Source: Dipteris shenzhenensis (taxonomy: Eukaryota). Taken from it: a DNA stretch of 64,000 bases. The notes beneath the pieces were generated by a model. It was not told the origin of the DNA and searched no databases. It was given only the letters and a program-made list of their open reading frames with translations. This document shows positions 52,607 to 64,000 of the stretch, in pieces; position 1 is the first letter of the stretch, and each line of letters begins with the position of its first letter. The stretch lies in assembly GCA_047967505.1 (NCBI GenBank), contig CM106538.1. One strand, given 5' to 3'. The position numbers were made by a program, and so were the translations under genes.

Positions 52607-55240
52607 TGTTGGTAGACTGAAAAGAAAGAGTAGAGTGGACACAAACTCAGAATATTTGCATTATGGAATGAAGAAGAGTGAGGTCCTTATGTAGGCACCT
52701 CATACATGCTCACTGACATCACTGATGACTTCAGAGCTCCACAATCATCTCCTCAATCTGCTCCTAGATTCTCTCAATCATCCTATGTGGCTTTCCACCA
52801 CCTAACTGTGCTTATGGGCACCTAACTGTGCCTCTAGCACTCACACATAGAAACCAAGGTGTGCCTGAGGCATACACCTTGAGATATCCCATCAAACCCC
52901 CCCTCAAGGGAATGTCTCAGGCTATGTCAAGGATACAGCTAGCACAAGGTGTCTCATGCCATCTCATGGTGGTCATGGATCTATCAATGGCTAGGATCTC
53001 AAGCTAGCAAGGGTTCCCATGGGTGTAAGGTAAACAAAAAGGGATACAAAAAGACCTTCCAATGGTTATCTCCCCTGCATGTACATGCACACAATGTCTG
53101 CAGGAGGTACCATGGAGCAAAACATACACATGGCCTACATCATAAGGTGACCAGAGGTATTTACAAAACACACAAAACACAATAGTTTATTTCATTCATT
53201 TTGGAGGACTATCCAGGCTGAGTACCTTGACATAAAAAGAGAGATCTGGAGCATACATAGAGATGATTTAAAATGCATAATCTTCAAAGGATGCCTCATC
53301 TTGTGGAGGCTCATCAACTGAAAGTAGAATTGCATTTTCTGTCTTTGCTTTGGCTCTGCAAAACTTCTCATGATGGTTGTTTTTGCCACAGTGTTTGCAT
53401 GGATTGATTTTAAAGCAGTCCTTTGAAAGGTGATTTGTCTTTCCACAGTGATTGCAAGGTGTAAACTTGCCCTTCTGGACTTTTACAGCATAAACAGTAT
53501 CATTGCCTTTCCTGAGCTCCATATGCCTTTCTTCTTCTTGGAGAGCAGAGATAATACCTTCAAGATTAGGATTAGGAAGATTTTTCAAAGTGGTAACTAT
53601 ATGATCATAATCTTCAGGCATACTCTTAAGTAACACTGCCATAGCATCATCTGTAGTAATAGGAGAGTTGATAGAAGCTAGTTGAGTCATAAGACTCCGC
53701 ATGTAATTGACATGAGCTGCCAAAGAAGTGCCGCTAACCATCTTCAATTCAAAGAAAGAGATTTAAGTGATAATTTAGAGATGTGAGAGCTAGCACCAAA
53801 AATCATGTCAAGCTTCTGCCAACCTTCTGAAGGAGACTCTAAGTCAGAGATGTGATGAATATAATCATCTCCTAAAGCAAGAGCAATGATACCATATGCT
53901 TTCTCCTCTCTAGCGGGATCCCTTGCCGGGCGTGTCGGAGTTGAGGATTCTCCAGCATTGGAGGCTGTAGAAGAAGCGGTTGAAGTCAGTTTGACAAGTC
54001 CCCAGAGGTTTTCCCTCATCAATGCAAATTTCACCTTCATCTGCCATGTGTGGAAGCCCTTTCCATTGAACTTATCTATATTCAATATGGTAGCCATGAG
54101 AGGGTCTAACCCAGATATTGGGCAGTGTCTTTCTCTTTTACAAGGCTAAAAACAACTGAAAGGCTTCCAAATATAAGCACTTGATGTAGCAAAGACTAGT
54201 GACCAATATTCAATCAATGATGCTTTTTCTTACATGCTTCATAGAGGTGGCTAAAATGAAAACTTCCCAATCAAAACCAGGTATAGCAATTCAAAGCAAA
54301 ACTGAAGCCACACTTGTACTGATGTTATTGAAAGTTTCAAAAAACCAGAAATGCTAGAATAGCATCTTATGTAGCATCATCTTCAAAAACTTGTCACAAC
54401 TGTCAAAATCAAAAGACTGAACTTGGAGGGCTTGTATCTTACTCTTCAGAGCAAAGGAAAAGGGGGTTTCTGAGGCAAAAGAGAGCTGATATACCACAGA
54501 AGGTCCTCTGAGAAGAAAAGGCGCAAAAACACGTCAGGGCGCCATAGCTAGTCTCTCCGATTTCGACTGGTTTTTCTATGTTTTCAGCTTGAATATGCAA
54601 CCATTGCCGCTCAGATTTCAGCACAAGATAGCTCTAGGTATGGACTAGCTTCCTCTAAAAGGAATTAGAGAAGTATGGAGTATGCTGAGAGAAAACGCAG
54701 GAACAAAGGTCGACGAACTGAGTGTAATGGCGACGAAACGAGCGCGTGTTTCTTCAATTCCTTTCAGCCAAGGGTTCGCCCCTTTGAGGTGGATCTCCAG
54801 CAGGAAGGGCATGGAAAATGGTAGAGAACCGGAGGAGAACAAGCTTAAGCAAACTTTGGGAAGAAGAGGAAGAGATGGTGAAGAAGAAGATGGAGAAGAA
54901 GATGATGATGTGGCAGAAATGGATCAAGGGGGATCAAATGGCTCTGATACCATGTTGGTAGACTGAAAAGAAAGAGTAGAGTGGACAGAAACTCAGAATA
55001 TTTGCATTATGGAATGAAGAAGAGTGAGGTCCTTATGTAGGCACCTCATACATGCTCACTGACATCACTGATGACTTCAGAGCTCCACAATCATCTCCTC
55101 AATCTGCTCCTAGATTCTCTCAATCATCCTATGTGGCTTTCCACCACCTAACTGTGCTTATGGGCACCTAACTGTGCCTCTAGCACTCACACATAGAAAC
55201 CAAGGTGTGCCTGAGGCATACACCTTGAGATATCCCATCA
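52607..55240 (-). mobile_element. Complete gag-only LTR element (TR-GAG-like), copy B, 2634 bp
   Basis: 288-bp LTRs (52607-52894, 54953-55240) with one visible mismatch; perfect PBS TGGTATCAGAGC (54952-54941); PPT at about 52897-52905; TSD ACCTT/GCCTT; gag only. Confidence 0.95.
53268..54097 (-). pseudogene. gag: Gag of copy B (about 276 codons) with a 1-bp frameshift near 53762
   Basis: MATILNIDKFNGKGFHTWQMKVKFALMRENLW.., two CCHC knuckles, ends FEDYAF*. Copy A is in frame across the same site. Confidence 0.88.
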
Positions 55241-57807
55241 GCCTTCCCATTTGGTCTGAAAAGCAATGAAAAGTACTATCCAGTTTGCTATTGAATCTGA
55301 GAACCAAGTCTCCATCTTCGATTTCCTTTTTCTGAATCTTTGCATTTTGCAACTCTTGCCTTTGGATTTGCACTCGAGCATAATGCTCAAAAGCTAAATC
55401 CATGTCTAACTACGTCACCTGCAATGCCAGTAATCTCTCCCTGTAACTGTCTACAGGCTCATATCCTTCTTCAACCAAAAATTTCAAAGCTGGTATTCCC
55501 ACACCACTGTATGCCCACAAAACTCGATTCATCTCCAAATCCCAGCTTTTGGTGTGGCTTCCCGTCATCTTAGTCATCATCAATTTGAAATCTCCATTAA
55601 AATTCTCATTCAACCCATTGCACTGAGGGTAATATGTGGTGATGTATTTATGATTTATATTCAGCTTACTGCTCAAGTAATCCATCACTTCTCCTCTGAA
55701 TCAAGAACCATTATCTGAAAGTAACTCCAATAGAATCCCAAATCTGCAGCATATGTGTTCATATATAAAATCAGCAACCCCTTTGCTGTCCACTCTTTTT
55801 ACTGCCTTCACCTCTGCCCATTTTGATAAGTACTCCACTGTAGTAAGCATATAACACTTCCCTCTGGAAGTTCTGGGTAGAGGACCAACTGCATCTATCC
55901 CCCATCTCTCAAAAATATCATAAACTAGCATAATATTTCTCAGCTCCATTTTAAGAATTATTTCCCCCATCCTCTGACATTCATGGCAGGATCTACACCT
56001 TCTGTATCGAAGGCCACACATAACCCTCCAGAAGTATTTTCTGCAATGTAATCTTAAAAGCATAGTGTCCTCCACAAGCTCCTTCATGACTCGATGATAG
56101 CATATAATATATTTCTTCTCTCCACGGCACTCTCCCCAAAATCTGATCAGCCGCTCTCATGTAAAGCTCATCATCAATCATCATATACTGTCTACTCTTC
56201 CGTATGAAGCGATATTTCTGACTCTTCTTAAGCTCCTGAGGTAGATGTCCAGTAAGTAAGAAATCCACTATCTGAGCCAAGAATTCTCTCCCTCTGTACA
56301 ATGGATCTTCAAGATTTGCTATCATTGGATTTTGATCACTCATCTCCTAAGCCAATTCATCCTCCCTTCGCACATGTTGGATATTCCATGCTATAAATTG
56401 TTGAAGCAGCCTTCTTACTTTGGCTAGATACCCTCTCAACCTCGGGTTTCTTACTTGCCAACTTCCCAGGACCTGCTTCACTACTAGAAGAGAATCTCCC
56501 TTGATCATTATCTTCTGAATTTTCAGCTTTAGTGCAGCCAGTAACCCCTCATATAATAATGCATACTCCGCCTCATTATTGCTTCCAGCTTCCAGATGAA
56601 CTCCCTCCTTCTGAATCAGCTTGCTATCTGAATCAATAATCACATAGCCTCCTTTAGCTTGATGTAAACTCTTCTTGTATGAGCCATCAAAATGCAAGAT
56701 AGATGCTCCTGGAATGATACCATGCTCCTCTTTATCTATCTTCTTCTCCACTTTCTTTACCAAAGTGGGACCTTCTTTGTATGTTAACAGATCTGCCAGT
56801 GTGGCTCTGGAAGTGCTCTCCACCAGAAATGAGAGAGTATATTGTTGTAGCTCAACCAACCACTTCATCATGCTTCGAGAAAGTGTTGAATTATTAACTA
56901 GCTGAGGCAATAAAGGGTAGCAAGTCAAAACCACAAATGGCTTCGAGATAAGATATGCCCTGAACTTCCTGCAAGCATACACTAAGCTTGGAATCAGCTT
57001 TGCCTCTGTATATCTCCTCTCTGCTTCTGTCTTAACTCTGCTAGCATAATACACAGGCCTCATATAACGGGACGACTCCCCTTTCTGCAATAAGATGGCT
57101 CCCACAGCATCTGGTCCAAATGAAGGGTTCACATAAAAGGTCTGAGAGAAATCTGGAGCTTTCACACAAGCAATCTCTCCCAACACCGCCTTCACTCTAT
57201 TGAATACTGCTTCACAATCCTCACTCCATTACAGAGGTTCTTCTTTCATAGCTTGTTGCAAAGGATACAACAGCTGAGAGGCTAAATGTATGAATCTTGT
57301 CATATACTTCACTTTCTGCACAAAAGTCTGCAATTGTTTTGATGTAGAGGGAGCTGGAAGTAAGATAAGTGCTTTCACCTTCTCTGGATCAGGTTCAATG
57401 CCATTTTGAGATACTATATGTCCCAATAACTTCACTCTGAAGCATCCCAAATGGCATTTCCGTGGATTGAATTGTCCTCCTGCGTCATCCATTCTGTGGA
57501 ACACTTGATCCAGCCTCCATGCATGTTCTCTTTTGGAACTGTATACACATATATCATCCAAAAATGCTCTCACAAATTTATCAATGAAAGGGGCTAACAC
57601 TTCATCAGTATTCTCCTGATACCATGCCGGTGCATTCTTCAATCCAAATGGCACTATTCTGTAACAAAAGCAACCACAGGGTGTGATGAATGTAGTTTTG
57701 ATTTTATCTTCCTCTGCAATTGAAATCTGAAAATATCACTTCCAAATCCTGGTGTGTGGCCTAAATCCATAGTGTGGCCAGTCTTCAAAAACCAAAAATC
57801 TCGAGCT

Positions 57808-58645
57808 GCTGCTCCTCCCCCCTCCCTTGCTGCACCCTCTCCCTCAGCCCGTCCCTCCCTCTCTCCCTTGCCCTCAGCCCCTCCCTCTCCCTCAGCTGCT
57901 CCCTCCCTTCCCCTCCTCCCCTTCAGCCCGCCCCCTTCCTGCTCGCCTCCTCTCCTTTCAGCCTGCTCCCCCTCTCAGCCTGCTCCCCCGCCCCCTCCCC
58001 CTGCCTGCTCCCTCGCCCCCTCCCTGCTGCTCCGCCCCCTCCCCCTGCCTGCTCCCTCGCCCCCTCCCTGCTGCTCCGCCCCCTCCCTGCCTGCTCCCCC
58101 GCCCCCTCTCTGCCTCTCCGCCCTCTCCCTGCCTCTCAGCCTGCCCCCCTGCTCCCCCGCCCCCTCCCTGCCTCTCCGCCCCCGCCCTGCCTGCTGCTCC
58201 CCCGCCCCCTCCCTGCCTCTCAGCCTGCCCCCTGCTCCCCCGCCCCCTCCCTGCCTCTCCGCCCCCTCCCTGCTTGCTCCCCCGCCCCCTCCTTGCCTCT
58301 CCGCCCCCTCTCTGCCCCTCAGCCCGCCCCCTCCTCTCCCTCTCCTCCCCCTTCCCTTCACTCCCCGCTCCCTCTCCTCCCCCTCTCAGCCTGCCTCGCC
58401 CCCTCCCTCTCCTTCCTCTACCTCTCCCTCTCCTTCCTCTCCTCTCCCTCTCAGCCCTCCCCCTCCCAGCCCGCACCCTTCCAGCTTCTCCTTCCTCTCC
58501 CTTTCCTATTCCTAGCCTGCCCCCTCTCTCCCTCTCAGCCTGCCCCTTTCCCATTCAGCCTCTCAGCCTCTCCCCTTCACCCCTCCCCTTCTCTCCCCCT
58601 GCTCCCTCCTCGCCTCCTTTTCCTTTTTTCTGCCCCCCTTTTCTC
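57808..58645 (+). repeat. C-rich low-complexity repeat tract in the LINE 5' UTR
   Basis: Repeated GCCCCCTCCCTGCC(T)GCTCCCCC and CTCAGCC units; very few purines. Confidence 0.9.
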
Positions 58646-58713
58646 CCGCAGCTTTTTTTGGAGCGGAAGGAGCCTTTAATTTGTTAGAATCGGCCTCCTC
58701 ACCTCGATTGGCG

Positions 58714-60269
58714 ATGGATACTCCGTCAGCCAATCCTACTCCACCTCCACCTCCACCTCCACCGGCCGCGAAAACTATTACCTTTTCTAAAGACGAGTTG
58801 CAGCAGCTCAAGAAGGATGTAGAGATTGAATGCTCTACCACGTTGCTAGCACACATCTTCGGGTCTCACCCCTCCAGATCCCAAGCCAGAGATTGGATGC
58901 TTGCGGCTCTCCCCCCAGACCTGACTCCACGATTGTTAGATGTCCGTCTTCTGGAACGAGGTTTTTTCCAGGTTGTTTTTTACACTCCAGAGGCTGCGAG
59001 CACTGTGCTCAAGGCTGAGTTTTTACACCTGGGACACAGGAAGATCTTCTTTGAAGCCTTTCATATTGGTTTCGACCCAGTGGAGGCAGATAAGAAAATA
59101 TTCTCGCTCTTCATCAGATTCCCTAGGTTTACCTTCGACTTCTTTCTGTTATTGGGGAGCATTTTGGCGCAGTTGCTGAGATCCCACCCCTCCCTGGGTT
59201 GCCATTGACTGCAGCAGAGGCAACCAAGGCTGATGGGGTTCCTAGAGTTAGGGTCCTTTGCAAGGATCCTAACCTCAAGATGGATCATGTTATGATCCAG
59301 CGCCCGGATGGTTCCTTCTTTCGCCAGAAAGTAGAGATTTTAGGCAGACAGGACCAGTGCAGGATTTACAGGACCTCTTGACACTTTGCCAGGGATTGCC
59401 CCAGGAAGAAGAAAAGGCCCAAGAAGCCCTCTGGTATAGCTACCGCCCCATGGCCTCGACAGGGGGGACAGGGGGGTGGTATAGGTCCAGCACCTGCTCC
59501 TCGACCTCGACAGAGGGGTGGTACAGGTCCAACACCTGCTCCTCGACCTTCGCATGGCGGTCCTCCTCAGATTGGTGATGGTACAGGTCCAGCACCTGCT
59601 CCTCGGCCTCGACAGGGGGGTGGTACAGGTCCTTCACCTGCTCCTCAACCCCCTCCTACCTCAGGAACTCGCGACGCTCTCCAGTGGGTTCCGGTACGTG
59701 TGCAGATCCCTCCTTCAGTTCACGAGGGTACTTTAGTGGACTCTGCTTCACCTCGAGCTATCCCTCCAGTCTCACCATGCACAGTCCGAGACGCTGAAGC
59801 TTCAACCTCCTCCCCGGTTGCAGCTTCTTCCCTAGATCCAGCGGTGCCAGATGCTCTTCTTGAGGCAGGAGAGGTCTCCGCGGCTGGGCAGACGCAGGAT
59901 AGAGAGCATTCCTCACTTCCTCCCTTGGACAGGGGGAAGGGGATAGCTTACACTATTGATCCTCTTCCCTCACAAGGGATCCTTCGCACTCCAGTGTCTG
60001 GCTTGCTCCACAGGAACTCGTTTTCAGCCTTGGCAGAGGATTCAGATTTCCCAGAGGAGGAGTTTGTGCCCGCTACTTTTGGGGAGCCAGTGATTGGGTT
60101 TCCTGTTGACAGGGCTTCTTCTTCAGGTGCCAGGATTCTTTCCCCTGTTGATTTTCCACCACTTGGTTCCATCCCTCCCTCCTCGAGCAGGAGGTCTTCC
60201 CCTGTTGAGGGGTTTGTTTCCGCCACTAGGTTGGGTAAGGTGTTCCACTCTACATCCTCCCGTCGATGA
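58714..60269 (+). pseudogene. LINE ORF1, disrupted
   Basis: DUF4283-like LLERGFFQVVF segment; degenerate knuckle CRIYRTS*HFARDC; Pro/Gly repeats; frameshifted. Confidence 0.75.
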
Positions 60270-63200
60270 GGATTATTAGTTGGAACATACAGGGCCTAGG
60301 TGGCGTCCCACATCGCCGCCGTAGACAGCTGATCCGGGATCAGCTTCATCCAGGTGTTACTGGGGGTTCCATTGATATATTATTTATTCAAGAGCACAAG
60401 CTCGATTCTAGAGATTGTGCCAAGTCAGGCAAGTTGCTTCCTGGCCATACTTTTTGGTCGCCTGCCTTGGGCACCAGGGGGGGCACTTCTATTTCAGTTT
60501 CGCAGTCGGTTCTCCCCTTAGTTGTTGGGCACGGAGTCATTATTCCCTCTAGAGCTCAGTGGATTATTCTTTTGATTGGAGGGCGTAAGGTTGGTTTCCT
60601 TAACCTGTATGCCTCCAACATTAGAGGGGAACGTGTCCTTATGTGGAAGACTTTGCTCTCCTGGGCCCCCATTGTGGATTCATGGGTGATTGGAGGTGAC
60701 TTTAACATGGTCGAGTTACCGTCAGACAAAAAAGGCGGTAGAGAAGGCGGACTTCACTCTTTGGAGAGAGCAGCTTGGGATGCCTTCCTTTTTCACTTCA
60801 GTGGCAGAGATACTTGGTGTGATGATGCCTTTCTTATTCAGCCACAGTCCCTCCTGTTCTCTTGGTCGAACAGGAGGCAACAGATGCCTATTCATGCACG
60901 CATTGACAGATTCTATGTAGATGACTGGGCACTAGACAGAGGTGGATCGGTATGCATTGCTGCTGGGGTTTCCACTTCAGGATTCCAGATGCCTTTTACA
61001 AAGAGGAGGACCTTACAGAGGCAGCCCTGCAGATATGGTTTGCTCATGTCCAGGGTGGGCAGCCATATCCATCACATGTAGCCGCTGCCCTTTCTGGTAT
61101 TAGCGACTTCTACCGTTCAGTTGCTTGTACCAGGAGACGAGATATTCTCAGACGTGAGATTGGTGTTCACCAGCAGTTGGCAGCTTTGCAGAGGGAAGAG
61201 CAGAAACGACCTTCAGATGCTTGGATTCAGGAGCGCCTTGCTGCAGCAAGGGCTCATCTGCAGTTATTGCTTGATCAGAGAGCAGAGTATGCCTTTCATG
61301 CACGGGAGTCCTTCTGGATTCAGATGGGTGAGTCAATAAACACTTTTTCTCTACTCTTGGCCCTAGACATAGTAGAGAGAATGTATCCCAGCTTATTGAC
61401 TCACATGGGGTTTTACAAACAGAGCCTGATGATGTCTTACGCATGGCTTCAGATTTCTATACCACCCTTCTTACTGCTGATCCTGAGACACACGATAGAG
61501 AGGATGCTAGACAGGCTATTTGGCAGAGCATCCCTGTGTTGGTGAATCCGGGTATGCATGTTCTACTCGACGCACCTTTCACCAACACAGAGTTCAGGAC
61601 TGCACTTTCAGCCCTTCACAAGGGCAAGTGCCCAGGTTCAGATGGCCTCACCCCGTCTTTTTTCATTGCATTTTGGGATATGATTGGAGACTATATTACT
61701 TCAGCCCTGCAGGCCATTTGGGACTCTGGCGAGATGCCTGGGTCGCTTACAGAGGGTCTCATCCACCTTATCCCAAAAGGAGGTAGCAGAAATTTAGTGT
61801 CCCAGTGGAGGCCTATCACACTTCTGGGGACTTGTTACAAGATTCTGGCCAAGGCTATCAGCCTCCGATTGTAGCCACTTCTCCCTGATCTCATTCATGA
61901 CACTCAGACGGGATTTGTGCATGGCAGAAGCATTTTTTATAACATTTTTTCTTTCTGGGAAGCTTCAGAGTGGGCCATGCACAGTGGCCAGAATCTTGCC
62001 ATTCTACTTTTAGATTTTGACAAAGCTTATGACAGAGTAGATTGGGGTTTTTTGGAGGGCACCCTTCTACGCTTTGGCCTTATTGATGCTTGGATCAGAG
62101 GTGTTTCCTCTTTGTACAGATCAGCCCACAGCCAGGTACTTATTGGTGGGGTAAGGGGTGAGAGATTTCAGATTTCGAGATCAGTCCGTCAGGGATGCCC
62201 CCTTGCTCCTTTCCTTTTTTTGTTCGTGGCCGAAGCTATGAGTATCTATGTTAGATCTCAAGCTGACATCTTTGGGCTGAGACTTCCCATCAGAAGGGAA
62301 GAGGAGCTACTTGACAGTGAGTTGGCTGATGACACAGCAGTTTACTTGGATGCCACACCACAGACGCTCACTTCTTTCAGGACAGCATTGGATTTATTTT
62401 GCTTGGCGGCTGGGGCACAGATAAATTGGCATAAATCCAATGGCTTTTGGATCAGTGATGAGGACACTCCAGTTTGGGGGCTTGACATAGGATTCACTTG
62501 GGTTCAGAGGGGTGTGCCTATCAGGTATTTGGGCTGCAAGGTCGGCTTGGATATTTCTACCACGCAACAGTTTGCTCCCGTTTTGGAGAGCATCAGAAGG
62601 AAGCTTCTTTTTTGGAGCTCAGGCAAGCTGGATCTTGCCTCTAGAGTTGTGGTGGTCAACCAGGTCCTCTTGGCCACAGCCTGGTTTGTTTGTTCTTGTT
62701 GGTGCCGTTCTAGGGACTGCATCATTCAGCTCAGAAAACCGATCAGAAACTTTCTCTGGAGTGGGCTTGATGGCACAGCAGATGCCTTAGCCAGGGTGGC
62801 TTGGGAGACCCTCATCCTCCCTACACAGGAAGAGGGTCTCAATATTATTGATCCAGATTTACAATGCAGAGCTTTACTTTGCAAGATGGTGGTGCGGGGA
62901 CTTATGCCAGGGCAGGAACCGTGGAAGGACTTTCTTATCAGCAGCATACAGAGGTGCACACCTTCTTCAGGAGGAGACTGGATGAGCAGTGTTAGATGGA
63001 TCTTCACCACAACACACCTCAGGTCACCTTCGTCCCCTCTCATGGTTGCCATTCTGAAAGCTTGGGCCAGTTTCAGAAGCACTCTTCGGAGGATTCCTCC
63101 TTCCTCTCGGGAAGAGATTGATAGGCAACCCATCATGTGGAATGACAGTATTTTAGATGATCATGGCAGACCACTGGGTGCCTCACTCTACATGCAGTAG

Positions 63201-64000
63201 TCCAGGTGGGAGAGGGGACCTGCTTCTTCTATGGGGTCTTGGAAAGCTTTCCGCAGGCTTCCAGAGGAGACCAAATCAAGGTTGACAGGACATCTCAGAG
63301 GGAGTGCAGGGAGGATCTTGCAGATTGAGGCAGCCCTTCCAGAGGTTTGGGTAGACACAGATGATATGCCACTCACTTCCTCCACTTGGGCAAGTACTTT
63401 TTCGAGAGGCGGGGTTCCGCTTCAGGTTTTGGCCTTTCGAGATGCACAGGAGGATGCTTTGGTTTTTAGTGTCCAGGATGGTGGTAGATTGCTCAGGTCC
63501 ACAGAGGACATCTTGCTTTAGTCTGCTTTTTAGCCTATCAGGGTTGTAGGTCATTTGACGCAGGGATCAGATTCAGAGTGGTTCCTAGACCCAGACCCCC
63601 GGCTACTCTCCACCGGGTCTTGGAGGCTCTGGCTCTATGGGGGAGTTCCCATCAGGTATTTGCAGTGGGACCCCGAAGAGTGAGAGTGGATTGACGCAGG
63701 ACATCGAGAGAAGAGCATCCTCTTCTTTCGTTACACAGTCAGTAATGCCAGGAGATATCAGCTCAGTAGTAGAGGTTGGAGACCCTCTAGAGTTCCTCAT
63801 TGGGAGACTTTCGGTATTACTGCGGATCAACAGAGGTGCTTCTGGAGGAGACTCTGGAAATCCCACAGGAATAGAAAGATCACTATCTTCTTTTGGCTTT
63901 CTATCCATGGAGGGATTGCAGTGAACCTTTGGAGGTCCAGGTTCGGAGCCGACCCTACATGCCCTCGATGCCTTTCTGCTTCAAAGTCTATTCAGCATTG
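60266..64000 (+). pseudogene. LINE ORF2 (APE endonuclease, RT, zf-RVT), disrupted
   Basis: SWNIQGL, IQEHK, GGDFN, RIDRF; PGSDG, WRPITLL, DFDKAYD, RQGCPLAP, LADD; CPRC..IQH at the window edge. Several stops and frameshifts. Confidence 0.92.

Larger units (their letters stand above)
50046..57737 (-). mobile_element. Tat-type Gypsy, 3' half (RT-RH-aRH-INT, long 3' region, putative 3' LTR 50046-50323)
   Basis: RT PFGLKNAP and FLDD; RH RPVYYASR; extra RNase H HFDGS..NNEAEY..KGDS..HVRRE; INT HEGACGGH, WGIDAVGP, SDNG, PQCNG, WEGPY. LTR starts TGTAAC after a purine tract and contains CCTATAAAA. Confidence 0.9.
57738..64000 (+). mobile_element. Near full-length L1/Tx1-like LINE inserted in the Gypsy RT; 3' end outside the window
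   Basis: The Gypsy RT breaks at the GYFQI motif; about 1 kb of 5' UTR, then ORF1 and ORF2. Confidence 0.92.

Noticed and set aside
57754-58687. Pro-rich and Gly/Arg-rich ORFs of 128-301 aa (extensin-like)
   Set aside because: Several frames are open only because of the low-complexity C-rich LINE UTR.

Overview
Eukaryotic plant genomic DNA. Very large TE-filled introns and these TE families suggest a fern or similar large-genome non-flowering plant; that is an inference only. Two partial host genes lie on the minus strand. (1) Coding exon 1 of a RabH1/Rab6 GTPase (12423-12295); its first intron apparently runs more than 12 kb past the left edge. (2) The last four coding exons of the complex I 39-kDa subunit NDUFA9 (48562-32318), with introns of 85 bp, 3.2 kb, 12.5 kb and more than 15 kb. 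The rest is mostly nested retroelements: a full-length Copia with TSD (3377-9234), three short gag-only LTR elements (TR-GAG-like), a Tat-type Gypsy with an extra RNase H, a near full-length L1/Tx1-like LINE plus two 3' fragments, four RTE/RTEX-like LINE pieces, and older remnants. Most notable: a young gag-only LTR family with mostly synonymous gag divergence whose protein stops at a motif (DYAF) also found in the Copia Gag-protease linker; CCGTAC/GTAC clusters in non-coding parts of several TEs; a LINE 3' stem-loop with a compensatory change; and two poly(A) insertions into one GT microsatellite. No rRNA, tRNA or CRISPR features were recognised. All counts are by eye.
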